From positions 448,001 through 512,000 of the forward strand of contig CM000151.3 in assembly GCA_000004695.1 (NCBI GenBank): DNA of 64,000 bases. The letters run 5' to 3'. Shown here one piece after another: positions 1-12,684 of this stretch (its first letter is position 1; each line of letters starts with the position of its first letter). Source of the stretch: Dictyostelium discoideum (taxonomy: Eukaryota). The notes below the pieces were generated by a model. The model was not told the origin of the DNA, did not search any database, and saw nothing but the letters and a program-made list of their open reading frames with translations. The position numbers and the translations under genes were made by a program.

Positions 1-427
1 TATTATTATTATTATTATTATTAATATTAATATTATTAGTTTCATTAAAGGTACTTTTTTCATTGACTAAAACTAAGAAACCAACTAAACAATCATTTTC
101 TATTGAACATTCTAATAATTTATTAAAATCAACCATTGAGTAGTGTGGAATTAAATTTTTATAAATTTTAATGTTTTCTTCATTTATATTTTTAATTTTT
201 TTAAAAACACAATCAAAATTATTGTAATTCTTAAAATTTAAAAATTCACCACAATTCAACTTTTCAATTAGTAATGATAGATTATTTGAATTAATAATTT
301 GTGATATATCATTGAATACTTCATATTTAATTGTTCTAAATCTAATGTTTGTATATGAAATAATGGTGTAAAATAAAAATTTATTTTTTATTACTTTCCA
401 AAATAAAATTTCTGTATTATCAGACAT
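1..427 (-). CDS. 5' part of a hypothetical N-rich protein, paralog of the gene at 2131..3393; gene continues beyond window start (partial)
   Basis: Minus-strand ATG at 427..425 (MSDNTEILFWKVIKNKFLFYTIISYTNIRFRT...) opens a frame that runs without stop to position 1. Bases 1-480 are about 93 percent identical to 2975-3460, promoter-proximal region included. Confidence 0.45.
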   Translation of the reverse strand, partial: MSDNTEILFWKVIKNKFLFYTIISYTNIRFRTIKYEVFNDISQIINSNNLSLLIEKLNCGEFLNFKNYNNFDCVFKKIKNINEENIKIYKNLIPHYSMVDFNKLLECSIENDCLVGFLVLVNEKSTFNETNNININNNNNNN

Positions 428-766
428 TTTTAAAATATAGAAAATTAAAATAATAAAAAAAAATAAAGAGATGTTTGTTATTTTTTTTTTTTTTTTTTTT
501 TTTTTTTGATTTTAAAAAATTGTTAAAAAAAATGGGTCATTCAGCGAAATCTGAAAAAATATCTTATTTTTTTTTTTTTTTTTTTTCGATGAATGGGTGC
601 ACTACAATTAATTTAAATATTTATTTTAAACACCATGTTTTTGAAAATTAATAAAAATAATTATTTGCTTTATTTTTTATTTATTTAAGTGAAAAAAAAG
701 AAATTTTATTAAATTATAATAATATAAATCAATTTATTTTTTCTTTTTTTTTTTTATTTTTTTATT

Positions 767-1915
767 TTATTTGAATAAATGGTTAAAACCATTTTGAATT
801 GTATGAAATAGATTACTACTTTTTTCTAATTCTGATATTATTGATTGATAACCTAAATTTTGAAAAAAGAATTCAAATAATTGGTGATTTTTTTTTTCAA
901 TAGCTTTGGCAACATATCTTTTAAAAGATTCATCTCTTACTAAGAAATAATCTTTTGGTAATTTACTATTTTTTGGGAAAAGGATATTATCATAATTTTC
1001 TAATAAGAGTTTAAAAATATTTATATTTCCACCAATTGAGGCATTAAAAAAACAAAGTGAAAGTAGACGTTTTTTTTCTTCATTAAATGTTTTTGGTAGT
1101 GATTGTTGTGATTTTGTTTCAAAATTATTGAATGTATCTATTAATTTCCCTAATAATTTGTAATCACTATTTTTACCAATAATTTCAAAAATAATATCTA
1201 ATTGGAAATATGATTCATTAATTAAATGATTTTCAAATTCTATTAAAAATTGATCAATTTGATTTGATAAATAAAGTGCTGATATTAATGATAATCGTGA
1301 GGGTATGGGAAATTTATCTTTACATGTTGAGAAAATACATCTACCAGAATCAATATCAACTGATTTACGATTTGTAAATAACCAATATAAAAATTGTTTA
1401 TTAATGTATGAAGCTTTTAAAATGAAGAAATCATTTTGAATACTACTAAAGAATTCAATTTCAGTTTGAGCCATTATTGAAAGTGGATTATATTGTTCTG
1501 TTGTATTTTCAATAATTAATTTTATACATTCGAATTGATAGTCTAAATTAATTTTTGAAAAGCCTTTTGAATTTACTTTTAAAAGTAAAGATTCTAATAA
1601 GAGTTTTTCATCTAAATAGTTTGAGATATTAAAATTTTTACGAGTTTCTTTTAATTTTTTAATCAAGTATGCATATGATATTAAACCATACCCTTTTGGT
1701 ACTGAAAGAGTATTATTTGAAAAACGAATGTTTATAAAAGTTGGTAAGATTAAATCATTTTCAATATTATATTTATCATTTAATTTATTTTTTATTAATT
1801 GATTGAAAGTTTCAATTAAATCAGTTCCATCCAATTTCACCCAAGTTGTTATATCAGTTTTAAAATTTGGATGTAAAATGATTTCATTGAAATTTGTAAA
1901 ACAAAATTCTAACAT
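767..1915 (-). CDS. hypothetical protein, 382 aa, with one ankyrin-like motif (ASIGGNINIFKLLLEN)
   Basis: Uninterrupted 382-codon ORF from the track with a coding-like N/K/I-rich composition. No recognisable catalytic motif. Confidence 0.45.
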   Translation of the reverse strand: MLEFCFTNFNEIILHPNFKTDITTWVKLDGTDLIETFNQLIKNKLNDKYNIENDLILPTFINIRFSNNTLSVPKGYGLISYAYLIKKLKETRKNFNISNYLDEKLLLESLLLKVNSKGFSKINLDYQFECIKLIIENTTEQYNPLSIMAQTEIEFFSSIQNDFFILKASYINKQFLYWLFTNRKSVDIDSGRCIFSTCKDKFPIPSRLSLISALYLSNQIDQFLIEFENHLINESYFQLDIIFEIIGKNSDYKLLGKLIDTFNNFETKSQQSLPKTFNEEKKRLLSLCFFNASIGGNINIFKLLLENYDNILFPKNSKLPKDYFLVRDESFKRYVAKAIEKKNHQLFEFFFQNLGYQSIISELEKSSNLFHTIQNGFNHLFK

Positions 1916-2011
1916 TTCATTTGATCTAATATATCTTTTAATATCAAAATCAAAATTTTCTTTATTATTTAATTCTTTTGAAATTAGTTTTAAATAATTA
2001 TCTTTAAAGAA

Positions 2012-2055
2012 ATTTGAATTTGAATTTGAATTTGAATTTGAATTTGAATTTGAAT
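2012..2055. repeat. (GAATTT)n hexanucleotide microsatellite, about 7 units
   Basis: gaatttgaatttgaattt... read directly between the two minus-strand genes. Confidence 0.8.
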
Positions 2056-2130
2056 CAATAGATGTATTGAAAGATGAATTTGTTGAAAGTGAAATTAAAA
2101 AATCAATTAATTCTATATCATCATATTCAA

Positions 2131-3393
2131 TTAATAAAAAATAATAACACTTATTGGATTTAAAAGATTTTTTAAAATTAATTTTGAAATAAATGATTTA
2201 TATCTTGATTTTGAAACATCTGAAGATTTCATAAATCTAAATAAAATTTGAGGATATAGTTTAGTTTCAAATATTGGCAATGTACCAATACCATTTATAG
2301 TCTTTTCTAATAATCTTGAATTGCAATATTCTAGTGAAGGTATAGATGGTTGATTTCGATAATATGATTCTAAAATTTTTTCATGAATTTGATTTGATTG
2401 AGAATTAATTTCTTCATTACTATCTTCATCATCATCATCATCAAATTTTAAAAATCTTAATGGATTATAATCAATATCAAACCCTACTGAATCATAATAA
2501 AATTTAATTAATTTTTTTAAATTAAAATCATCATATTCTAAATTAATTATATTTGATTTTAAATCTTTTTCTGAATATTTATTTTTAATTTCATTAATTT
2601 CTTCAATTGTTAAAATTGGTGGTGATGATGATGATGATTTTTTATTTTTTAAAAAAGGAAGGTTGATAATAATTATACACAAACCAATTAAAATTTCCAA
2701 ATCTGTATTTAAAACATCTTTTGGGAATATTGAATCCTTAAAAAATAAAAAATCTCTTATTTTTATTAGTGATATTAACCTTGGAATCTTTGATAACATT
2801 TTTATAATTAAGGATTTTTGAATTTTATTTGTCAATTTTTTCCACTCCATTGAGCATGGAAAATTATTATTTTCATCATTTTCATTAAGATATGTCAATA
2901 TGTCAATTGAGTTATTTTTTAATGCTTCATTAAAATAAAATTGATAATTATTGTTAACCAAAATACAATTATTATAATTATTATTATTATTATTAATATT
3001 ATTAGTTTCATTAAAGGTACTATTTTCATTGATTAAAACTAGGAAACCAACTAAACAATCATTTTCTATTGAACATTCTAATAATTTATTAAAATCAACC
3101 ATTGAGTAGTGTGGAATTAAATTTTTATAAATTTTAATGTTTTCTTCATTTATATTTTTAATTTTTTTAAAAACACAATCAAAATTATTGTAATTCTTAA
3201 AATTTAAAAATTCACAACGATTCAACTTTTCAATTAGTAAGGATTGATTATTTGAATTAATAATTTGGGATACATCATTGAAATCTTCATATTTAATTGT
3301 TCTAAATCTAATGTTTGAATATGAAATTATAATTTTAAATAAATATTTATTTTTTATTACTTTCCAAAATAAAATTTCTGTATTATCAGACAT
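2131..3393 (-). CDS. hypothetical N-rich protein, about 420 aa; true start probably MSDNTEILFWK at 3393, not the poly-K extension in the track
   Basis: Track ORF 2131..3561. The upstream 55 codons are poly-K/F from A/T homopolymers. The conserved paralog at 1..427 begins at the same MSDNTEIL methionine. Confidence 0.5.
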   Translation of the reverse strand: MSDNTEILFWKVIKNKYLFKIIISYSNIRFRTIKYEDFNDVSQIINSNNQSLLIEKLNRCEFLNFKNYNNFDCVFKKIKNINEENIKIYKNLIPHYSMVDFNKLLECSIENDCLVGFLVLINENSTFNETNNINNNNNNYNNCILVNNNYQFYFNEALKNNSIDILTYLNENDENNNFPCSMEWKKLTNKIQKSLIIKMLSKIPRLISLIKIRDFLFFKDSIFPKDVLNTDLEILIGLCIIIINLPFLKNKKSSSSSPPILTIEEINEIKNKYSEKDLKSNIINLEYDDFNLKKLIKFYYDSVGFDIDYNPLRFLKFDDDDDEDSNEEINSQSNQIHEKILESYYRNQPSIPSLEYCNSRLLEKTINGIGTLPIFETKLYPQILFRFMKSSDVSKSRYKSFISKLILKNLLNPISVIIFY

Positions 3394-3801
3394 TTTTAAA
3401 ATACAGAAATTAAAAAAATATAAAAGAAAAAAAAAAAAAAGATGTTCTTTTTTTTTTTTTTTTTTTGGCAAAACAACCTCCCCTCTTTTTTTTTTTTTTT
3501 TTTTTTTGAAATTTTTTTTTTTTTTTGAAATTTTTTTTTTTTTTTTTTTTTTTTTCATCACAATTATTATTTCTTATTTCATTGTTATTATTTTTTGAAA
3601 ATGTATAATTTAATTAATTTTTTTTAATACCACATAAACACAACAAGAAACACCACATCCAAATAATTGATTTTCAAATTTTATTTTTTTTCCTTGAAAA
3701 TTTATATTAAATAAATATTTACACCAACAAAAAAAAAGAAAAAAAAAATAATGTAATATAAAAATATTAAAAAAAAAAAAAAATCCATCTTATTGATGTT
3801 T

Positions 3802-6753
3802 TTATTGAATTAAATAAAAGAGAATTGAAATAATAGTAATTAATATGAATAATGATGATGATGATGATGATGATGATAGTTTTGAGCTATCACTATTATT
3901 TTTATTATTATTATCATCATTTCCTTTATACACATCAATATCAACATCAAATTCAATTAATTTACTATTGAATATCATTTTTAAACCTATTGAATCTTGA
4001 TCAATTATTGCTTTTGAAGTACATAGATAAAAACCAGTACCGTTAGAAATATTAATTTTATTTGTACTTTCCAAGTTAGCAATACATTGTAATTTACATT
4101 TAATAGCTCTTCGAGAACCATTTGGAAGAACTATACTTGCATCCATTGAATCAGTGAAACCAATACCACTAAGTTTAATTGAAAATCCATCTTTATCATT
4201 TTTAACTTGGTTGATTTTTGTGACATTTGGATCTGAATGATTTAAAATTACATTTGAAAGTACTAAATTTGGACCAATATAAACTGATACATTAAATGGA
4301 GTATATGAAATTTGAGGTGATGAAACTAATAAAACGTCATCAGTTGAATTTGCTAATTTTCTAGTTTCTTTATTATTAACTAATACCTTAACTTTATTTT
4401 CATTTAGTTTTGTTATGAATCTATTACCAGAAATTAAAAGTATACCATTACAATCATTATTAATTACTTTTTTAACTATTGGTGGTAGGGTTGAATTAAA
4501 TCCTGAAAGCAAATTATTTTCATCGACAACCATTTCAATTGGACCATTATTAAATGAATCATTATTTCTAATTTGAAATTGATTATTATTTAATAATTGA
4601 ATTTTTGAAGTGATATTAACATCATTATAATATACTTGAATCACTTTTTCAGAATTACCAAAATTATTACCATTGATTGTAATCATATCTTTTTTAGCTG
4701 AAATTGTTAAAAAATTAATAATTGGTTGTGCATATGAAAATTGATTATTTAATACAAGTGAATTATAATTTAATATATAATCTTTATTAATACCAGTACC
4801 AGATGGCATTTGACAAGTTGTTATATATTTATTTTTTGATGATACCGGAATTGAACATTGAATTGATTTTCTGGAACTATTAATAAATATATTTGGAATA
4901 ATTTGTTCATTGAATGGATAAGTAATATAGTAAATTCCAATTTCTAATTTACCATTTTCAGTTGTTGGATTACTAATTGAATTAATTTTTAATGATGGTA
5001 ATGTAGACATTGAAATTGGTATTGAATTACTTAAAATATTATTACGGTTTATTGTGATATTAAATAATTTAAATTTTAATAATGGTAATTCAAATGTTAA
5101 ACTTTTTTCATCATTTGAAACTTCAAACTTATCAATTAAAATCTTTTCATCTATACCAATACCAGTGATTTCAATAATTGAATCATTTGATCCTCTACCA
5201 ATATTAGTACCATTTAATAATACTATACTACCATTTAATAAAATTGCATTATTTAATGATGGTACATTATATGTAAATGTATTATTATTACTAACAGAAT
5301 CACAACCATCAAATGTAATAATAATTGGTAAATTTGAACCACCTTGATTTGCAGGACCCAATATACATTGAATTTCAGTTTGATTTGAGGTAATGTTTTT
5401 ACAAAATAAATCACCAATTTTAACAGTTGGCATAGATGAATATAAAAATGAACCTTTAATTGTAACAATACCACCATCATAATATGTAATTGAATTTACT
5501 GAAGTGATAGATGGAGGATAAAAACAATAAATAAAATTCTTTTCCATTGAAACATCATTTACTTTAATATTAATTGACATTTGACCTGATTCAACTCTTC
5601 TATAATTACTAACAATAATTTGTGTATGATCTCTATTAATTATGAAATTATTTTGTTTAACACCATCAAAATAGATTTCTTGAACTTTAAAAGCATTAAG
5701 ATAGAAATTATAACCATCTATGAATACATCTGAATATTTTTGATTATAACTGACCATTGTAATTATTGGTGGTGCATATGAAAAATTTTGATAATATAAA
5801 TAGTTAAAAGTAATTAATTTTGATGAACCAGAACCTGCTGGAAAACTTACTGTGAGATTACTAACATCAAATAAGGGATCATCGAAATTACCTTTAATAA
5901 TTGCATATGAAAATAGAGAAGGTTGTGGAGGAGCTGTTACTCTAATATAGTTCATTATATTCGGTTTTGGATCACTTACATAATCTTCATATAGAAATCT
6001 TAAATAACTACCAGTGATAATAATCTCATCACCTTGTGTTGAAGGGAGTTTATTAAATTTAAATATTGGTTTTGGAGTTAATTTTGATCCAATATAGAAA
6101 TTATTACAATCTTCCCAAGGTATTGAAAAATGTCTGACACATACTCTGCTTGATGAGCTACCCCATAATCTATTAATTGGTTGTTCAGATTTGAATACAC
6201 AGTATCTAGTTTGATTAATAATTGTATCACAATCGAAATAATTATTTGAATAGTTTGATATTGGTTTATCATTATTGTACATAATAAATCTTGTAAAATA
6301 ACATTCTTCACTAGTAGTATCAAAAGTATAAACTAAAGAAGTTTCATTATAAATTATATCTTTTACTGGTCCAATTCTAAGTTTTTTATCATTTGGAGGT
6401 AAAACAGATGGTGATCCAGTCATTGAAAGATTTTTAACTAATGTATCATTAATAAGCTTAAATGTAACAGTAAATTTTTGATTTACCAATGATGGTGGTA
6501 ATTTAAAAGTCATTTTCATCTCGTTGATTGATCCTTTAAATTCACTGATTTTATAAAATTGTCCATTACTATCATTTAATTCAATAATTGTTTTGTTTTC
6601 ATTTCCAAGATCAAAACCATGTATTTCAACAATACCATTTGGTAAATAAAATCCAGTGTCCAATTGAAGTCCTGAAATTATTGTAAAATGATTAAAAAAA
6701 GATAAAGAAATTAAAAATAATAAAATAATTTTATATTTAGTTTTAGAAAACAT
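3802..6753 (-). CDS. IPT/TIG-repeat cell-surface protein with signal peptide and C-terminal membrane anchor (Tgr-like family)
   Basis: 983-aa single ORF. N-terminus MFSKTKYKIILLFLISLSFF is signal-peptide-like. Repeated IPT/TIG-type segments are present (PPSITSVNSITYYDGGIVTIKGSFL; PIINFLTISAKKDMITINGNNFG; PPIVKKVINNDCNGILLISGNRF). The C-terminus SSSSSSSSLFILITIISILFYLIQ is hydrophobic. Confidence 0.7.
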   Translation of the reverse strand: MFSKTKYKIILLFLISLSFFNHFTIISGLQLDTGFYLPNGIVEIHGFDLGNENKTIIELNDSNGQFYKISEFKGSINEMKMTFKLPPSLVNQKFTVTFKLINDTLVKNLSMTGSPSVLPPNDKKLRIGPVKDIIYNETSLVYTFDTTSEECYFTRFIMYNNDKPISNYSNNYFDCDTIINQTRYCVFKSEQPINRLWGSSSSRVCVRHFSIPWEDCNNFYIGSKLTPKPIFKFNKLPSTQGDEIIITGSYLRFLYEDYVSDPKPNIMNYIRVTAPPQPSLFSYAIIKGNFDDPLFDVSNLTVSFPAGSGSSKLITFNYLYYQNFSYAPPIITMVSYNQKYSDVFIDGYNFYLNAFKVQEIYFDGVKQNNFIINRDHTQIIVSNYRRVESGQMSINIKVNDVSMEKNFIYCFYPPSITSVNSITYYDGGIVTIKGSFLYSSMPTVKIGDLFCKNITSNQTEIQCILGPANQGGSNLPIIITFDGCDSVSNNNTFTYNVPSLNNAILLNGSIVLLNGTNIGRGSNDSIIEITGIGIDEKILIDKFEVSNDEKSLTFELPLLKFKLFNITINRNNILSNSIPISMSTLPSLKINSISNPTTENGKLEIGIYYITYPFNEQIIPNIFINSSRKSIQCSIPVSSKNKYITTCQMPSGTGINKDYILNYNSLVLNNQFSYAQPIINFLTISAKKDMITINGNNFGNSEKVIQVYYNDVNITSKIQLLNNNQFQIRNNDSFNNGPIEMVVDENNLLSGFNSTLPPIVKKVINNDCNGILLISGNRFITKLNENKVKVLVNNKETRKLANSTDDVLLVSSPQISYTPFNVSVYIGPNLVLSNVILNHSDPNVTKINQVKNDKDGFSIKLSGIGFTDSMDASIVLPNGSRRAIKCKLQCIANLESTNKINISNGTGFYLCTSKAIIDQDSIGLKMIFNSKLIEFDVDIDVYKGNDDNNNKNNSDSSKLSSSSSSSSLFILITIISILFYLIQ

Positions 6754-7107
6754 TGTTTTTTAAATAATTTATATATAAAATTGAAAAATTATATTTTTAA
6801 AAAATTGAAAATATAATGAAAAAAAATAATTTATATGTAGTAAAATTATAAAAAAAAAAAAATATATTTTATAATAATAATTTTTAACTTTTGTTTATTA
6901 TTTTTTATTTTTAGATTTTGTTTACACCCACTCTGTGTTTTAAAAGTGACATTTTCATTTTTTTTTACGTGTGAAAAATACGGGGTGTTGTTTAAAATAA
7001 TTATAGTTTGACAATTCATTTTTTTATTTTTACATTATTTTTTTAATCTGAAAAAAAACCCAAATATTAAAAAAGCTATATCTTTATATCATTTTCAAAA
7101 AATAATA

Positions 7108-7144
<37 letters not shown>

Positions 7145-7397
7145 TTTATTGACGAAATTTTGGGTTAAAAAAAAAAAAAAAAAAAAAAAAATCAACCTCT
7201 AATTTATTTGTTACATTAACTTCGATCAGACATTATAAAATTAATTTAAATAATCCTTATTTTTTAATAACAGATTTACCCAAAAATCGTATAGTACAAG
7301 TTAAAAAATTAATTCAAATAAATAAAATATCCACTACATATGTGGAAAGTCTGACTTTTTATTTTTTTTTTTTTTATTTTTTATTTTTTTTATTTTT

Positions 7398-10300
7398 TTA
7401 AACATTAATATTATTCCAAGTAAATTTATTTAATTCTTGATTATCTTTTGAACCTAAAACTGTTGTATAATTATTTTGATTATTGAATAAATATTTTGTA
7501 GCGATTTCTTCTAATTTTGGTTTAGTTATTGATAATAAATTATTTCTTCTAGTTTGTTTCATTTCATTTGTGATATCTCTCATCCATTCACCAACACCTT
7601 TATTTGAAGGTGATTCAGGTGAATCGAAATCTGAAAATATTGAAAGTTGAGCATTTTCAATATTTTCTAAAGTGATTTTATTATTTAATGACCATTGAAT
7701 TGATTGATCAAAAGCGTCTAAAGTTTTAATTAAATTTGGATCTCTATAAGAGTAGAATGAGATGACGCCACTATCAACACTTGAACCACCACCATAGGCA
7801 CCACCCTTCTCTCTAATCTCTTTATGAAGGAATTCTGATAAAACTTTAGTTAAAATTTGAATTGGTGCTGAATCAACATGAGTATATGGTACAGCTTGAT
7901 AAGTCTTTGAAATATAATTAACAGTTGCTGGAATTGGGAAAAAGTTTAATCTACTACTATTTGTAATTTCTTCATTAGCATTATCTAATGAATTTACAAT
8001 TATTGGTGTATTTTTATTTGAAAATGGTTTTAAAAAGTTTGATAAATTATTTTCAAGATTTGAAATATTCTCTTTTTCAGTGGTAATTAAACATTTCATT
8101 AAGGAACGATCAAGAATGAATTCATTTATTGCTAAAAGTTTATTAATTAATGAATTGATATCATTTGAGGAGACTATTTCATTGATTAATCTAACTTGTG
8201 ATAAACCACTCCATTGCTCAGATAATTGAGCAGCTCTAGAGAATTTTGAAGAACTTAATATCTTTGCATATGATAAACCACTTGATGGAATACCTTCAAT
8301 TACTGAAGCTTGTTTTTGATTTAATAAATTCTTTAAAAGGTCTGGATTATTCCATTTATTCTCTAATAGAATCTTTTGTAATAATGAAAACATTTTCAAA
8401 AGATTATTATTCAATGCTGCACCTTTAATATAAATTCTCTCTTGAGTATAATCCAAATCACTATGACCCATAGTAATCAATGGTGAAACACTGAATTTAC
8501 CAATATGTAAATTAATTTCAGTATCCAATTGTTTATGATCAAATTCTGCAGCACCCATTTCATCAATTAATGAACAGAATATTGGTACGTATGGTTTCAA
8601 TTTTGGATCCATTGAGGAGATATCAATTGTACTTCTAAAATAACTAATACCATTTGTTGGTAAATCTAAAATACGTAATGGTACACCGTCACCATTGGTC
8701 ATTGATAATTTTGTATCGATATGGTCTATTTTAGATTGCTGTTTTTCAATATCACATATATTAATCTTTGGTAATACTGAAACATCTTGAATTTGATTTT
8801 GTCTAAATTGTAAATCTTTTGCAACTTCTATAATCTCTTTAGTTTGTTCTGGTGTTAATTCTGATTTAATTCTTTCCAATTTCTGCAATTCCTTTTCTTG
8901 TTCCTCTTTTTGAAGATTTTCGTCATTCTCCATTGTGATGTAAAGTCTATGAGGATTGTTTAAAAGTTCTTTAATTTTAGTTTCAAAGAAACCACCTTTT
9001 TCAAGCTCCTTTCTGAGTTTAGCAATTGCCTCATTTAAAAACAATGGATCTACAGGGTCACCACCGTGAATCCAATTCGATGATAATGAACCAACAAGTT
9101 TTAAACCAAATGAAGCTGAAACATCCTTTTGAGCAAATTCATATTGATGTAAAATCGATTCAATCACATCTGAAGCGAACCCATCACGTGATGATTTCTC
9201 CAATGTCTCTATGATTACTTTTTCAACTTTTTCTAAATCCTCTTTTTTAATACCAATACCACCAACACTAAAACTTGATTCTAATAAACCATCATCGAAA
9301 CCTGTATTTGGTGAATAATCTAAAACTAATCCACTCTCTAATAATGCTTGATACATTGGTGTATTTGATCCTCTTAATAATAAATTTGATAACATATGTA
9401 ATGATAATGATTCAAATAAATCTTTATTCTCTTTATGTAAAATTGAAATTGAAAATTTAAATTTCTTTTCAGGATTAACATCCACTTTGATAAAGGTAAA
9501 AAAAAAAAAAAAATATTAATAAATATTAATAAATATATTTATATATATATATATATATATAACTTACTTGCTGATGGTGGACATTTTAAATAAATTCTTT
9601 TAGATTCTGACCAACGTTTAACTTTATTAACAGTTGTATTAATATTATTTGAATTATTTTTAAATTTTGATAATGAATTATCATTTATAAATTTTAAATG
9701 ATTAATTGGATTTAAATCACCATAGGAAAAGAAATAAGAATTTGAAGGATGATAATGATTTGAATGAAAATCTTTTAATTGTTGGTAAGTTAATGATGGG
9801 ATATCGTTTGGTTCGCCACCACTATTGTGGGAATAGGTGGTGCCAGGATAAAGATGTTGTTGTGAGATTTCGGCATAGAATGACGATGGGTCCGATAGGG
9901 CACCTTTCATCTCATTGAATACGATTCCTTTGAATTTCAATGGCGATTGTGGGTTCTCCATTTGCTCGAATTCCAATCTGTGTCCTTCTTGACGGAAATC
10001 TTGTTCACTCAAGTTTGGGAAAAATGTAGCATCTAAATAAACTGATAATAAATTATAATAGTCTTTTGGATCCTGTGTGCCGAATGGGTAGGATGTGTGG
10101 TCTGGTGCTGTCCATGCATTCATATAGGTGTTTAACGAACGTTTTAGCATATTGAAGAATGGGTCCCTAACAGGGTATTTCTTGCTACCACATAATGTAG
10201 TGTGCTCTAAAATATGTGCTACACCTGTTGAATCTTTTGGTATGGTTTTAAATGTCACACTAAAAACATTATTTGTATCTTCACAATCTATATGTAAATA

Positions 10301-10453
10301 TTTTGCACCTGTTTCTATATGTTCAAATTGATATGTTTTAAATTGTCTCTCTGGTACTTCTCTAATTTTTATAACTTTAAATCCATGAATTTCATCACCA
10401 ATTTTTAAATTTAATTTATTTCTATCTGAAAAAAAAAATATATATTATTAATA

Positions 10454-10502
<49 letters not shown>

Positions 10503-10761
10503 CACCTTTTCCTCTTTTTATATCTTTAAAAATATCTTGATTGTCAAAAACATAGGTTTGATTTGGTTTTAATGTTGTATTGGTTTGAGGTGAAGAAATA
10601 AAAGATCTTTTATCTAAATTATTATTATTATTATTATTAAATAATGATGATGAAGATGAAGATGATGATGATGATACTTTTAAACCATGTGATGTCACTC
10701 TATTATTAATTGAATTTACACATGGTTTAATTGTTTTTATATTTTTACACAATCTTATCAT
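7398..10761 (-). CDS. presequence protease / pitrilysin family M16C metalloprotease (PreP-like), mitochondrial; 3 exons (10761..10506, 10425..9568, 9484..7398)
   Basis: Exon 1 encodes MIRLCKNIKTIKPCVNSINNRVTSHGLKV, which is presequence-like. The exon 1 donor is G|GTGAAA. The acceptor is TTTTTTTTTCAG|AT and the frame is restored (…KRGKG-DRNKLNLKIGDEIHGFKV…). The inverted zinc-binding motif HILEH sits in GVAHILEHTTLCGSKKYPVRDPFF. The exon 2 donor is GCAA|GTAAGTT and the acceptor ATCAAAG|TGGATG gives M-D-V-N. Total about 1050 aa. Confidence 0.85.
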
Positions 10762-11069
10762 TTTTATTGATAATAATGAAATAAAATAAATAAAAAAAAA
10801 AAAAAAAAATTAAAAATTAAAAATTAAAACCTAAAATTTGAAAAAAAAAATAAAAATAAAAAAAAAAATGAAAATAAAATAAAAATGAAAATAAAAAAAA
10901 ATGAAAAAACGAAAAACGAAAAAGGAATAAAATTTCTTTCTTTTTTTTTTTTTTTATAAACAAATATTTAAATATTTATAAAAAAAAAAAGAATTAAAAA
11001 AAGAAATAAAAAAAAAAAAAAAAAGATAAATTTATTGAGAGTTTATTAATTTTTTTTAACTTTTTTTAA

Positions 11070-12118
11070 TCAGCATATTTTAAAGTTATATTTTTTGGAA
11101 TTTGGAAAGGAATAATTGTTTGTTTTATTTTTCTTTGAATTATAATTTCAGATACATATTTAGGAATTGAATCAATAGTTAATTGTTGTTTTATATCACA
11201 TATTTCTAAGGTTTTGACACCTTCTGGTATTATACCGCAGGTTAATTTATTGGTTGAAATCCCATTCTAAATAAAATAAAACAATCTTACAAGTTTTGGA
11301 AATTGAATGAAAGGTAAATTCTTGTTTTTATATCACATTAAAAACAAAAAATACAACACCTTCTGGTAATATACCCTGCAGGTTTTTTTTTGATTGAATC
11401 CATTTAATAAATAAACAGCCTTTACAGAGTTGGGAATTGAATCAATAGTTAAATCTTGTTTTATATCACCTAAAAATAAGTTCTGAACACCTTCTGGTAA
11501 TATACCTTCAGATAATTTTTCTTTGAATCCATCTAAAAGCATTACATGACGAGGTATACTTTTTAAACTATTTATTCCTTTACAATTATTTTCTAAATGC
11601 AATACCATTTCTATAATTGTTATAATTTTTTAGAAATGAATGATTCTCTGAATAAATGTAATATTTTCTTGAAAAAACTAAATAATATATATATATATAA
11701 GTTAGCATTTTACAAAGTTATTAAATTAATTGATCGATATGATTATACATACATTTTATAATTAAATCATTTTCCTCCAATTCTATTATAAAATTGCGTT
11801 GGGAAATAACTTTATTCAATCTAACACTAGAATTATTATTTAAAAAATCAATAATATTATTATTACTATTATTATTATTTAATGAATAAATTAGTTTTAA
11901 ATTATCTTTTATATTATTAATTATATGATTATGGAAATCAATGGTCTGATTGTTGTATTCTTTTAACATATTTATAATATCAATACTATTATTATTAATT
12001 ATTTAATAATGTCAACGATTGGTGATATTTAATAATTATTTCAAATGTATTTCCATCTATTGAATAATTTTTAAAATCATTTTTCTTTTTGATAAAATCA
12101 TTTATTTTATCAATAATT

Positions 12119-12198
<80 letters not shown>

Positions 12199-12684
12199 GT
12201 TATTATTAATTATTGGTGATAGTATTTCAATATCATTATTTAATGATGAATTTAAAGTTTCATTTATTAATTGATTATTTTCAAATGTTGGTGTTAATTG
12301 TTTTTTAATATCTAATTCGATTTTTGAGAGTATATCATGAATTTTTTTAAATTCTTTTGTTACTAAATCATTATTATTGTTATATTGTAATTGAATTTTA
12401 TTGAAGGTTTTATTTGATTCATTTAAAATAAATTGATCATTCCCTATTCTATCAATTATTTTTGGATATATATTATCTTTAAAATTATTCATTAATAAAT
12501 TAATTTCTTTTGTTGATGATCCATCGATTTGATTGAATTTATGACCATGATGTTTATTATTTATTGAAATACATTCAATACAACATGGAATAAAATTACA
12601 ATCTAAACATAAAACCATTAAATCCTTTTTTGTATGTATTATACATTTAGTATTATTAAAATTTTCACTCTCTTTTGATATCAT
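11070..12684 (-). pseudogene. B-box zinc finger / FNIP-repeat gene, copy A, frame-disrupted (probable pseudogene)
   Basis: ATG at 12684. The B-box is [35 protein letters not shown]. An in-frame TAA and a +4 nt indel near 11990 disrupt it relative to copy B. The conserved CMY|GTATGT…TTATTTAG intron is present. The FNIP repeats ([25 protein letters not shown]) at 11100-11610 are broken by several indels. The C-terminal end …ITLKYAD* at 11070 is intact. Confidence 0.55.

Noticed and set aside
3394-3598. The 5' extension of track ORF 2131..3561 (MMKKKKKKKK…) and the plus-strand ORF 3278..3598.
   Set aside because: Both are translations of A/T homopolymer runs in the promoter region. The paralog at 1..427 shows the conserved start is MSDNTEIL.
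7050-7280. DUSE-like motifs (aacccaaata, aaaacccaaaat on the minus strand, tacccaaaaa). A fourth, tcccaaaa, lies at 12965.
   Set aside because: As I recall it the consensus is [AT]CCCA[CT]AA. All four have A at the sixth position. No convincing small RNA gene lies about 60 nt downstream of any of them.
11255-11285. A GTAAGA…TTTATTTAG pair in FNIP copy A that would restore the frame.
   Set aside because: It is only 24 nt long, far below plausible intron size. It is more simply explained as indel decay relative to copy B.
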